45,325 nt of DNA, taken from positions 1-45,325 of the IMG/VR virus record IMGVR_UViG_3300045988_038226. The stretch is one strand, 5' to 3'. Origin of the DNA: a virus. A program made the translations under genes and the position numbers. Below are positions 16,317 to 24,063 of this stretch, piece by piece. Under the pieces are notes generated by a model. The model was not told the DNA's origin and did no database searches. It saw nothing but the letters and a program-made list of their open reading frames with translations. Position 1 is the stretch's first letter. Each line of letters opens with the position of its first letter.

Positions 16317-16499
16317 TTAATCGTTAATTTCCTCGACGTATTCCGGTATTTCCCCCGTGGGATAATATCCGGCACACTCAACAACATTATCGTTGCCAAT
16401 CCCGTTGCCAAATTCGACGGGTTGCATACAATCGGCAATACAAAATTCGCACGTATCGCAAAGATTATCCGATTGGTTTTTACATACATATTTTACCAT
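16317..16499 (-). CDS. Small Cys-rich hypothetical protein
   Basis: 60 aa from the ATG at 16499 (MVKYVCKNQSDNLCDTCEFCIADC...). Confidence 0.4.
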   Translation of the reverse strand: MVKYVCKNQSDNLCDTCEFCIADCMQPVEFGNGIGNDNVVECAGYYPTGEIPEYVEEIND

Positions 16500-16503
16500 A
16501 TTT

Positions 16504-16860
16504 CTAATTTTTGAATTTAACCCCGTCAAACAGATATTCCCGTTTGTTATCCGACCAACCCGCCGCCATATTCAACGCCCGGCGGTCGTCGTCGTGTACA
16601 AACTCGCAATACCATGAATTGCCGCCAATATTCGCTTTTTCTTTCAGTCGTACCAATTTGCCGACAATGTACCGGGCAAATTTGGCGTATCCGCTTGTTT
16701 CGGATATATGAATAATACGACGTTCGGCATTTATTTTCGGCATTTCTTCGATTTGCGGGGTTTTTTCCTCGGCGGGGTATGTTTGTACCCTTTTGAAATC
16801 TCGTTTAACTGACGACCGGGAAATTGCCCCAAAATCGGTTGTTCTCTTTTTTGTTCTCAT
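16504..16860 (-). CDS. Hypothetical protein
   Basis: 118-aa ORF, tightly packed between its neighbours. Confidence 0.5.
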   Translation of the reverse strand: MRTKKRTTDFGAISRSSVKRDFKRVQTYPAEEKTPQIEEMPKINAERRIIHISETSGYAKFARYIVGKLVRLKEKANIGGNSWYCEFVHDDDRRALNMAAGWSDNKREYLFDGVKFKN

Positions 16861-17310
16861 TTACCGGATTTGTAATTGTTGATACTCTGTTTTCATTAAC
16901 TCAATAAGCCGCATATTTGCCGGATAAATCCGCATACGTTCCCGGTCGCCATTTTCCCAACGGTTGTGCATCTCAAAACAAAGGATATTGATATTGCGGG
17001 GGTCGTGTGCTATTTCCGGGTGCGAACCCCTTGTTAAGATATGCGAACAATACACGGCGGAATAACTCGGTAACGGGCGCAATGTTTCCTCGCATTGGTG
17101 CGGCTTATGTTCCCAAACCCACCTAAAAAAACGTTCATTGGCTTGCGGTATGTTACCACGACCAAAAACGCAATGTCCGAACAATTCCCGTTGTATTTCG
17201 ACCCGCAAACGAATATCCATTGTAAACCGCTTGTAATCCAATAGGGGGCAAAACCCCCTATCAGTTACAAATTGGTATTCCTCCCGGTCTGTTAACAATA
17301 TCGGCTCCAT
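16861..17310 (-). CDS. HNH (His-Me finger)-like nuclease
   Basis: 149 aa. CSHILTRGSHPEIAHDPRNINILCFEMHNRWENG fits the H...N...H spacing of HNH endonucleases. Confidence 0.45.
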   Translation of the reverse strand: MEPILLTDREEYQFVTDRGFCPLLDYKRFTMDIRLRVEIQRELFGHCVFGRGNIPQANERFFRWVWEHKPHQCEETLRPLPSYSAVYCSHILTRGSHPEIAHDPRNINILCFEMHNRWENGDRERMRIYPANMRLIELMKTEYQQLQIR

Positions 17311-17313
17311 ACG

Positions 17314-18015
17314 TTACATATTGTCCGTATCGTCGTCGCCTGTGGGTTCGTTGTCGTCGCCCTCGTTTGCCGGGTCGCCAACCTCCGGGAACAATCCGGG
17401 GTCGCCCGGTGCGTTATCCAATCCCGGTGCGGCTTCCCCGTCGGCTCCGAACAACTCCAATTGCGCCTTTTTACCCTTGAAAAGAAAGGCGTAAACCTCG
17501 TTTTCAATATCCCCTATAATTTCCTCCAATTCTTCCTCAAAACCGAACGTTTCGGTATTGAATTTCAGACGGGGCGAATTTATCGCCGTCTTTTGGTTAT
17601 TGGATACCGTGAACAATCCCGTAAGAACGCAACCAACGTTATCATCTTGACCGGAAAGGGACACGCCCCGAACCTCAATGTTTTTCAACATTTCATCCGC
17701 AAAATCACGGGCGGCGTCTTTTTGCTTTTGGTTGGCTTTCATATCCGGCGTTTCCATAAGGGACAAAAACGACGTTATGTTGAAAATACGCCCCATAATT
17801 GGGCGCAACCTGTCAAAGCAATTGCGCAAATCCGGGTGTATATCCTTTGCGCTTTCGACGTGATATTTGTTTGTGTAACTCTCATTACCGACGGTTTCGG
17901 TAACTTCATAATGGACGTCCAACCCGCCGTCCTTTAACGTCTTGACTTTCGACAATGCAAACGCCTTTTCGGTCGGTATCAACATTACGTTTGCGGGCTT
18001 TTCTTTTTCGCTCAT
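17314..18015 (-). CDS. Hypothetical protein with a strongly acidic C-terminal tail (possible gp2.5-like ssDNA-binding or annealing protein)
   Basis: 233 aa with the tail PANEGDDNEPTGDDDTDNM. Size and tail are reminiscent of T7 gp2.5-type proteins. No motif proof. Confidence 0.3.
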   Translation of the reverse strand: MSEKEKPANVMLIPTEKAFALSKVKTLKDGGLDVHYEVTETVGNESYTNKYHVESAKDIHPDLRNCFDRLRPIMGRIFNITSFLSLMETPDMKANQKQKDAARDFADEMLKNIEVRGVSLSGQDDNVGCVLTGLFTVSNNQKTAINSPRLKFNTETFGFEEELEEIIGDIENEVYAFLFKGKKAQLELFGADGEAAPGLDNAPGDPGLFPEVGDPANEGDDNEPTGDDDTDNM

Positions 18016-18035
18016 ATCTGTATAATTATTTGTTG

Positions 18036-18051
18036 CCGGGAACCCGCCCGG
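18036..18051 (-). promoter_or_regulatory. Family-1 stem-loop variant (CCGGGCGGGTTCCCGG + CAACAAATAATT)
   Basis: Intercistronic. It shares the 17-nt flank aattatttgttgccggg with the copy at 31731-31746. Confidence 0.55.
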
Positions 18052-18059
18052 CTCGGTTT

Positions 18060-18947
18060 TTATAAATCATTTTCAACGTATCGTTTTAACTCGGCTTGGA
18101 ACAATTCCCGTTCCTCGTTTTCCTGCGTAATCAATTCGTCGTACAAATCTTGGTCGAATATCTCGTTAACCGCATCGTTCAACATGGAAATCAATTTTTC
18201 CGGTTTTACGGCGTCTAACTCAACCTGTCCCAATCCGTCCCAATTTGCCGTCCGGCTGTCTGTTTCCTTTGCCGGGGCGGGCGGCAATTTCCATTCGATA
18301 ACCTGTTGTTCCATTAAGGCAATACGGCGTATTTCCACATCATAAACGCCGAACTTTTGCAAGTTTTCCCCAATCGACCGGGGTATGTCCTCGCCGGACG
18401 GGTCGTAATCGCCGAAATATAATATAATCGGCTTTTTACCCTCGCTTTGGGCGTCCCGTAAACGCTCGGACAATTCATATAAGAACGTTAACGACGGATA
18501 ACCTTTGCACGCTCCAACCGCAACGTCCCATTTGGCACACGGTTTCGCAAAAACGCCCTCCAACGCTTTTTTCTCAATAAGAATTTCCGGGTAATACGGT
18601 TGGTTTTCCCAACGGTTTTTGCCATACGAACGCATCCATAATCCGACCTGTCGTTTGGCTTCGTCCTGTTTGTCCTCCAATACGGTTTCCGTGGCTTTTG
18701 TCGTTCCACACATTGCCCTATCTCGGTCGCTGAACGCTTCAAAATCAACCCGACCGTCCCACCGGGCGACCTCCATTGCGGCGACAACACGTTTGTAATG
18801 CTGTAACGTGTTTGTCATTCCCCGGCTTACTAACTGATAATGCAACGCACGTATCGTCAATATACCGTTTTCGTATTGGCTCAACACGTCAATTGAATTT
18901 TCAATTATCCAATCCCGTGTAAATTCGTCTTTTGTTCGCTTTGCCAT
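18060..18947 (-). CDS. Topoisomerase VI-A/Spo11-like protein (winged-helix 5Y-CAP + Toprim; 'Topo mini-A'-type)
   Basis: 295 aa. Candidate catalytic Tyr in TIRALHYQL (Y37), Toprim Glu in EILIEKKALEG (E125) and the DxDPxG motif FGDYDPSGEDI (D180/D182). No B-subunit gene is present. Confidence 0.55.
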   Translation of the reverse strand: MAKRTKDEFTRDWIIENSIDVLSQYENGILTIRALHYQLVSRGMTNTLQHYKRVVAAMEVARWDGRVDFEAFSDRDRAMCGTTKATETVLEDKQDEAKRQVGLWMRSYGKNRWENQPYYPEILIEKKALEGVFAKPCAKWDVAVGACKGYPSLTFLYELSERLRDAQSEGKKPIILYFGDYDPSGEDIPRSIGENLQKFGVYDVEIRRIALMEQQVIEWKLPPAPAKETDSRTANWDGLGQVELDAVKPEKLISMLNDAVNEIFDQDLYDELITQENEERELFQAELKRYVENDL

Positions 18948-18951
18948 AATC

Positions 18952-19770
18952 TTAAAATTCGCTTTCGTCCAACAAATCCTTTGTCGTTTTATTCCGGGCG
19001 ACCGCCGGGCGTTGAGGCTCCGGGATTGGCTCCGGTTCCTGTTTCGGGTTCCCGGTTCCGATTGGTTCCGTTACGGGGTTCGGGTCGTTAAACTCAATAC
19101 CCCCGTTTTGGGGCTTTTCCGGCTCAAATTTCGCTTTGAGTTGTTCCGCCGGGTATTCCTTTTGTTGCAACTCAATAATCCCTAATTCGACCAATTCCGG
19201 GACGCATCGGCGCAATGCCTTAACGTCCTGTAATGCGTCATGCGCCGGGAATGTTTCGCCGGGGAACAATTTTGCAAACAATTCTTCCAATTTGGGAAAT
19301 TTCCCCGGTCTGCCATTCTGATACAATGCGCCGACAAATTTAATTGTTTTCATCATTGTATCAATGCGTTTTCCTTTGTGCAATGCGTCCTCGCACCGGG
19401 CGTCGTAATATTCTTTGCCACAATAGCGCAAAACGTTTGCTTTTAACATCGACGTATCAAAATAAATGTTGTGCGCACATACAAGCGGGGCGGCGGCGGC
19501 ATCTGCCAAAAATTCGTCGATAACCTCGGCAAACGGTACGCCCTCGGCAATTGCCCGTTCGGTCGTTATACCATGTATGGCGGTTGTTTCCGGCGGTATC
19601 TCGTAATTATCCGGTTTGATAATAAAACAACGTTCTTTATCTCCAAACGCCCAACCCAATTGTACAACGTGCGGGAATTGGTTAAAATCCGCATCCCATT
19701 TCAAACCCTTTGCGGGTACTCCGGTTGTTTCGCAATCGAAAAAACAAATGTCTTTTAATTCAAATTTCAT
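18952..19770 (-). CDS. DnaQ/DEDDh-family 3'-5' exonuclease
   Basis: 272 aa with Exo I FFDCETTG, Exo II CAHNIYFDTSML and Exo III HDALQD. Pro-rich C-terminal tail ending LLDESEF. Confidence 0.8.
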   Translation of the reverse strand: MKFELKDICFFDCETTGVPAKGLKWDADFNQFPHVVQLGWAFGDKERCFIIKPDNYEIPPETTAIHGITTERAIAEGVPFAEVIDEFLADAAAAPLVCAHNIYFDTSMLKANVLRYCGKEYYDARCEDALHKGKRIDTMMKTIKFVGALYQNGRPGKFPKLEELFAKLFPGETFPAHDALQDVKALRRCVPELVELGIIELQQKEYPAEQLKAKFEPEKPQNGGIEFNDPNPVTEPIGTGNPKQEPEPIPEPQRPAVARNKTTKDLLDESEF

Positions 19771-19794
19771 ACTCTCGTTACTGTTAAATTGTTA

Positions 19795-19995
19795 TTACTC
19801 GTTTTCGTTGCGGAATTTATCCCGCTTTTTCTCTAACTCCAATACGTCCCGGTTTTCCTCGACGTACTGTTTTACGTCCTTACGGCAAAACGGTTGGTCG
19901 GCTAACCAAAGCAAATGCCAATACGGTACGTTTTCCATTGTTTGACCCTTAAATTTGCCTTGCGGCATTAGGTCGCTATCTGTCAAATTCGCCAT
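19795..19995 (-). CDS. DUF3820-like protein (ExoX C-terminal-domain-like)
   Basis: 66 aa. LMPQGKFKGQTMENVPYWHLLWL matches the MPFGKYKGxxLxxxPxxYLxWL signature of DUF3820. Confidence 0.55.
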   Translation of the reverse strand: MANLTDSDLMPQGKFKGQTMENVPYWHLLWLADQPFCRKDVKQYVEENRDVLELEKKRDKFRNENE

Positions 19996-20182
19996 TATTG
20001 AAAAGTTTTTGTTGCCCGTTTTGTTCGGGCGTTTGTTCTACATATCCCGCACCTGTAACCCATGAACATTTGCAGTTGAGGCAATAAATACGGCTCCAAC
20101 GGTACGGGGTATATTTCGACCGTATAACCCGCCAACCCGTCAACGGGTAATCCTTGCGTTTGCCGCCGCATTTGCAAAACAT
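19976..20182 (-). CDS. Small zinc-ribbon-like protein
   Basis: 68 aa with CKCGG...CLNCKC. Starts 3 nt after the upstream stop. Confidence 0.45.
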   Translation of the reverse strand: MFCKCGGKRKDYPLTGWRVIRSKYTPYRWSRIYCLNCKCSWVTGAGYVEQTPEQNGQQKLFNNGEFDR

Positions 20183-20184
20183 AG

Positions 20185-20559
20185 TTACAACGTTCGGGGG
20201 TCGTCAATATACGTGTTGTATTCCTCGGCGGCTATCTGTTTGAGTGTTTCGATATGTTCGATTAACTCGGCGTTCGATAAGTCCGCAACGGTGCGCAATT
20301 CGTGGGTATATTCCCCCGTTTCCGTATCGACCCGTTCGACGTACATAACCGGGGAAAATTCCCGCAAACGCCGTTCGGTTTGTTCCTCTGTCAGACGTTC
20401 GCCCGCCTCCCAAATTGCGTGCTTAAACGTCGGCACAACGTAATTAAAATAATACCCTTTCAAAGCCTCGGACGAACCGGGCGACGCAACAATAAAGCGG
20501 GCAATAATGCGGGAACCTTTCCAACCTTTGAAAAACTCGTTTAATTCCCCCATGTACAT
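20185..20559 (-). CDS. Hypothetical protein
   Basis: 124 aa from the ATG at 20559 (MYMGELNEFF...). The longer start at 20616 would overlap the upstream gene by 44 nt. Confidence 0.5.
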   Translation of the reverse strand: MYMGELNEFFKGWKGSRIIARFIVASPGSSEALKGYYFNYVVPTFKHAIWEAGERLTEEQTERRLREFSPVMYVERVDTETGEYTHELRTVADLSNAELIEHIETLKQIAAEEYNTYIDDPRTL

Positions 20560-20572
20560 TGCCAACCCGCCG

Positions 20573-21796
20573 TTATTGTTTATCGTTCCCGTCGCTGTTA
20601 TCTCTCTTTTTTTCATCGTCGATTAACTTTTGCATGGTAATATTAAACGCTGTCATTCCAACCGCCCGGATAAATTCCCGTTCGTTTGATGAATACCCGG
20701 TTGCCACTTTATCCAATATCGTTGCGAAAATAACAACGAATTTTCCCGGCTCCCAATCCCCGGCGTTGTGCATACGGTCGATAACGTGCGCTTTCAATCG
20801 TTGGTTATCCTTTGCGGCTTTTTTGCGGGCTGTTTCCCGGTCGTTCCAAAGGCTTGTTAATTGGGTTTTCACGTTGTCAAAGAACAACGGCATTTTCAGA
20901 ACGTCCGCAATACTCAAATCCGCAACCGGGGTTGGAACGGCGGCGGCGATTGCTTCGTTGACTTTCTTTTGGGCTTTGGCTTCCTTTTTCGTTGCCTCGG
21001 ATAATTTGGTTGTTGCCTCGGCAATATCGTTTATCCCGGCGGCGGTTCCTTTGTTGACCCCGTAACCGAACAACGCAAAATCCCCTTTGGTCGGGTCGTC
21101 CGGGAATATCTCGGCGAAACGGTCGGTTATTTCAATGGCGGTGCGTAAATCCGGCGTCCGGCGTGTCGTCAATCCCAACCGGATTGCCTGTTTATGTACG
21201 TGCGTATCCAACGGCATAATCAAATTACGGGGTTCGCATACCGTCCACAATCCAAAGTCAACCGGGGAACTCTTACGACACATCCAACGCAAAAACAGAC
21301 ACAACCGTTTGCAAGCCGTGGACGTCGAACCGTCCGGGATACCATTAACGGAACCAAACAAAGCCAATAGGGTTTGCAATGGTTTTTCCCCGTTCTGTGT
21401 GTTATTTATTGCCGCTTCCATATTTCCGTAAACCGTGTACACATCGCAAAGGCGTTCGCAAAGGTCGTGGAAATCCCCAAACGTAAACGTTCGGTAAAAA
21501 CTTTCGGGGCTGTCTTTATACTGTTTCCATTCCGGGGCGGCTCCGGGTTCAACATTATTGCCGACAATGTAATGATACGGTTCGCCCTTGAAAATTTCCC
21601 GGTCGATATAATCCGCCTTTTTGATTATCTGTTTGCGGTTGCCCCATGCAATCCACGCCGTAACAAAAGCGGATATTTCAATATTTACCCGACTATCGTA
21701 ACGGCGTGGAATTTGTACCGGGTCGTTTTTTACGAACTCGGCGGTTTCGTATTGTTCCGCCCAACGCTTCAAATTTTCGTTCAATGTATATGCCAT
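20573..21796 (-). CDS. DUF2400/TIGR02757-family domain fused to a ~150-aa C-terminal extension
   Basis: 407 aa. ACKRLCLFLRWMCRKSSPVDFGLW...LIMPLDTHVHKQAIRLGL...DPTKGDFALFGYG matches my recollection of the TIGR02757 signature. Residues ~255-407 have no recognised counterpart. Confidence 0.65.
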   Translation of the reverse strand: MAYTLNENLKRWAEQYETAEFVKNDPVQIPRRYDSRVNIEISAFVTAWIAWGNRKQIIKKADYIDREIFKGEPYHYIVGNNVEPGAAPEWKQYKDSPESFYRTFTFGDFHDLCERLCDVYTVYGNMEAAINNTQNGEKPLQTLLALFGSVNGIPDGSTSTACKRLCLFLRWMCRKSSPVDFGLWTVCEPRNLIMPLDTHVHKQAIRLGLTTRRTPDLRTAIEITDRFAEIFPDDPTKGDFALFGYGVNKGTAAGINDIAEATTKLSEATKKEAKAQKKVNEAIAAAVPTPVADLSIADVLKMPLFFDNVKTQLTSLWNDRETARKKAAKDNQRLKAHVIDRMHNAGDWEPGKFVVIFATILDKVATGYSSNEREFIRAVGMTAFNITMQKLIDDEKKRDNSDGNDKQ

Positions 21797-21813
21797 TGTT
21801 TTTGCTGTATTAA

Positions 21814-21834
21814 GGGGGACGGGAACCCGCCCCC
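21814..21834 (-). other. Intergenic GC-rich stem-loop
   Basis: Minus strand reads GGGGGCGGGTTCCCGTCCCCC (one bulge) between the ATPase stop and the DUF2400 start. Confidence 0.5.
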
Positions 21835-21840
21835 GGTTGA

Positions 21841-23286
21841 TTATTCGTTTTCGCTGTATTCCTCAATAATTAAATCGTCCTGTCCTCGTTTGACTTCCTC
21901 AATAAAGCCTTGATAACCCTCTTTACGGGCTAATTCGATAAGGGATTGCAGACGTTTTGCGCCCAAACTTTCGCCCCTCGCAATGCGGAATACTTTAACG
22001 GTCGGATTGCTTGCAATGATAAGTTTTGCGGCAACCTCCATAATTTGACTATCCGATACTTTCCCGGCAACGAACGGCACGCCGTTTAATTCTAACCCGT
22101 CGTCCGTGAATGTCAACCCGGTAATCGGCAATTCCGATTTTGCAATAAGGGTTTCCCGTTCTTTCAGTAAATCCGACAACTTTTTTTCGTGGGTTTGGGC
22201 GACCTTTTCGGCGGCGTCCTTTTGCTTTTTCTTTGCCACATAGTCCACAACCAACGCATTTATTTTGTTGTGTTCCTCGGCTTGTTTGAGGCGTTCCGCT
22301 GTATCCAATTTTTCCGGGTTGTTTTCCTCGTATTTCGCCAACCATGCGGCGGCGTTATTCTTACGGGTTTCGTAATCGGCTTTGTCGGTTTCAATTTGCG
22401 CCAACGTTTCGTCGTATTTGTCGGCGGCGGCTTTTGCATCCGCTTTGCTTTGTTTTTTTGCGGCGTCCAAAGCCTTTTTTGCCTCGGCAACAATCCGGTC
22501 GTATTCCGCTTGCGCATCTGTGGCGGATTTGTCGGCGGCGGCAATTTCGGCTTTCTTTGTTTCCTCGGCGGCTTTGATACGACCGGGGATTGCCTCCAAT
22601 TGTTCCGTCCGGGTTTGCAAAGCGGTACGCACGGTTTTTGCTTTTTCAATCAACCGGGCGTTCTCGTTTTGTTCCTCCATTAAGTCGGCAATGTCGATTT
22701 TCTCGGCATACGTTTTGGCGTCGCCCGGCTTCAACTGTTTTTCGGCGGCGGCGCAAATGGTCGTGTACGTCTTAACCTCGGCGTTTGCCTCTTTACGTTT
22801 GTCCTTAACGGTCGTAACCTCGGCGTCAATCTCGGCGATACGCTTTTGCACATTTTCCGGCAATAACGCCCGCACATACTCAACTTGCTTGCGGCGACCC
22901 TCGGCGGTTTCCGACCAACGGGAAAATTCCACGGCGTCAAAATCGGTATATCCGAAAACCTTTTGCAACATACTTACGTTATCCGACCGCATCCCGGTTG
23001 TTTTCTGTTTGATTGATAACGTACCCCGTGGGTTGGCTTTGGTAAATCGCAATTCAACGTCGTATTCCTCGCCGTCGTCGCCTACAACCATTTTTGCAAA
23101 CCCTTTTTCCTCGCCATTGCGCAACACGGCGTCCCGGTTCCCGGTCAATAACGCCCCGATTGCCTTTAATAGCGTTGATTTTCCCAACTCATTGTCCCCG
23201 GTAATGAAATATACATTACCCTCAAAATCTGCGTTGAACTCCTTAATTACTTGGAAATTCGACAATTCTAACTTTTTTATAATCAT
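21841..23286 (-). CDS. Rad50/SbcC/RecF-like SMC-type ATPase with a long coiled coil
   Basis: 481 aa. N-terminal LELSNFQ...ITGDNELGKSTLL (Walker A), ~250-aa Ala/Lys/Glu coiled coil, and a C-terminal VSDSQ...KVFRIARGESLG in place of the canonical signature and Walker B. Confidence 0.6.
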   Translation of the reverse strand: MIIKKLELSNFQVIKEFNADFEGNVYFITGDNELGKSTLLKAIGALLTGNRDAVLRNGEEKGFAKMVVGDDGEEYDVELRFTKANPRGTLSIKQKTTGMRSDNVSMLQKVFGYTDFDAVEFSRWSETAEGRRKQVEYVRALLPENVQKRIAEIDAEVTTVKDKRKEANAEVKTYTTICAAAEKQLKPGDAKTYAEKIDIADLMEEQNENARLIEKAKTVRTALQTRTEQLEAIPGRIKAAEETKKAEIAAADKSATDAQAEYDRIVAEAKKALDAAKKQSKADAKAAADKYDETLAQIETDKADYETRKNNAAAWLAKYEENNPEKLDTAERLKQAEEHNKINALVVDYVAKKKQKDAAEKVAQTHEKKLSDLLKERETLIAKSELPITGLTFTDDGLELNGVPFVAGKVSDSQIMEVAAKLIIASNPTVKVFRIARGESLGAKRLQSLIELARKEGYQGFIEEVKRGQDDLIIEEYSENE

Positions 23287-23303
23287 TTTATCGCTCTTTT
23301 TAT

Positions 23304-23321
23304 GCCGGGGTTGCCCCCGGC
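23304..23321 (-). other. Intergenic GC-rich stem-loop
   Basis: Minus strand reads GCCGGGGGCAACCCCGGC between ORF 23327-23524 and the ATPase gene. Confidence 0.5.
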
Positions 23322-23326
23322 GGTTA

Positions 23327-23524
23327 CTACTTTGTTATTATTCCCTTTGTAAATCTAAAACCTAAAAAATGAAACGCCGCATCTGTGATATTAAACCACG
23401 GTTTTATAAAACCCTTGCGAAACAATATATTACCATGAAACCAAATAGCATGATAATACGGGGTACATTTACGACCGTCGGCGCATTTATCGACTTTTTT
23501 AGAATAAATTTTAATTGCTCTCAT
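23327..23524 (-). CDS. Small hypothetical protein
   Basis: 65-aa ORF, the first gene after promoter P3 and its leader hairpin. Confidence 0.45.
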   Translation of the reverse strand: MRAIKIYSKKVDKCADGRKCTPYYHAIWFHGNILFRKGFIKPWFNITDAAFHFLGFRFTKGIITK

Positions 23525-23545
23525 TGCTTTATGTATTTAGCGTTA

Positions 23546-23567
23546 CCGGGAAAACGCCCGGTCGTTG
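23546..23567 (-). promoter_or_regulatory. Family-1 stem-loop (AACGACCGGGCGTTTTCCCGGT) in the P3 leader
   Basis: Same 22-nt sequence as 14104-14125. Lies 14 nt downstream of the P3 -7 box. Confidence 0.6.
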
Positions 23568-23580
23568 CTATTTCATGCCG

Positions 23581-23611
23581 CAAATCTACGTATATTATTT
23601 TAATTACCAAA
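23581..23611 (-). promoter_or_regulatory. Bacteroidota-type promoter P3
   Basis: -33 TTTG (23611-23608), 19-nt spacer, -7 TAGATTTG (23588-23581). Upstream reads AAAATAAAAG...TTTTGGTAATTAA. Confidence 0.7.
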
Positions 23612-23622
23612 ACTTTTTTCTT

Positions 23623-23814
23623 TTATTTTTTAAGTTTTCGCAATAATCGACCCAAAATAACAACCTTACCAATTCCGGGAAACTCAACTAACATATTGCC
23701 ATTGCGTCCCCGAATACATTTGCCATTCAAACGACGAACCGCCCGGCACGGCATACGTCGCAATTCCGGGCGGGTCAATCGGTCGCCTAAATAGATATAA
23801 TCCATTTCGTCCAT
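23623..23814 (-). CDS. Small basic hypothetical protein
   Basis: 63-aa Arg/Lys-rich ORF. Confidence 0.4.
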   Translation of the reverse strand: MDEMDYIYLGDRLTRPELRRMPCRAVRRLNGKCIRGRNGNMLVEFPGIGKVVILGRLLRKLKK

Positions 23815-23815
23815 A

Positions 23816-24037
23816 TCAAAATAATTTCATTTGTGTATCTGTCAGAACCGCAACCACGGCGTCAACCTCCTTTTCCCAACGCTCCAACGTTGCCAACTTT
23901 TCCGGGGTTGGGTTCCGTTGGCAACGTCGTTGGTTGTGCCGCATCTGCTTTACCATTTCCGCCAACTCTTTTGCCGTTATTTTTTCGGTATTTTCGATTT
24001 GCGGGGCTTTGTTATCGTCTGCCATACTCTTAACCAT
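23816..24037 (-). CDS. Small hypothetical protein
   Basis: 73 aa from the ATG at 24037 (MVKSMADDNK...). The longer start would overlap ruvC by 49 nt. Confidence 0.4.
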   Translation of the reverse strand: MVKSMADDNKAPQIENTEKITAKELAEMVKQMRHNQRRCQRNPTPEKLATLERWEKEVDAVVAVLTDTQMKLF

Positions 24038-24063
24038 TTGGGAAATTAAAGCCGTGTACGGGC

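Noticed and set aside
17292-17507. Short overlapping minus-strand ORFs in alternative frames: 17292-17507, 18488-18790, 22260-22649, 22049-22345, 25685-25912, 26555-26815, 33005-33241, 39587-39961 and others.
   Set aside because: Each is nested inside a longer, motif-supported gene in another frame. They are basic and low-complexity, which is typical of off-frame translation.
19995-20207. The 70-aa ORF 19995-20207 as an alternative to 19976-20182.
   Set aside because: The 68-aa frame starts 3 nt after the upstream stop and has a zinc-ribbon pattern. The 70-aa frame overlaps the upstream gene and lacks any features.
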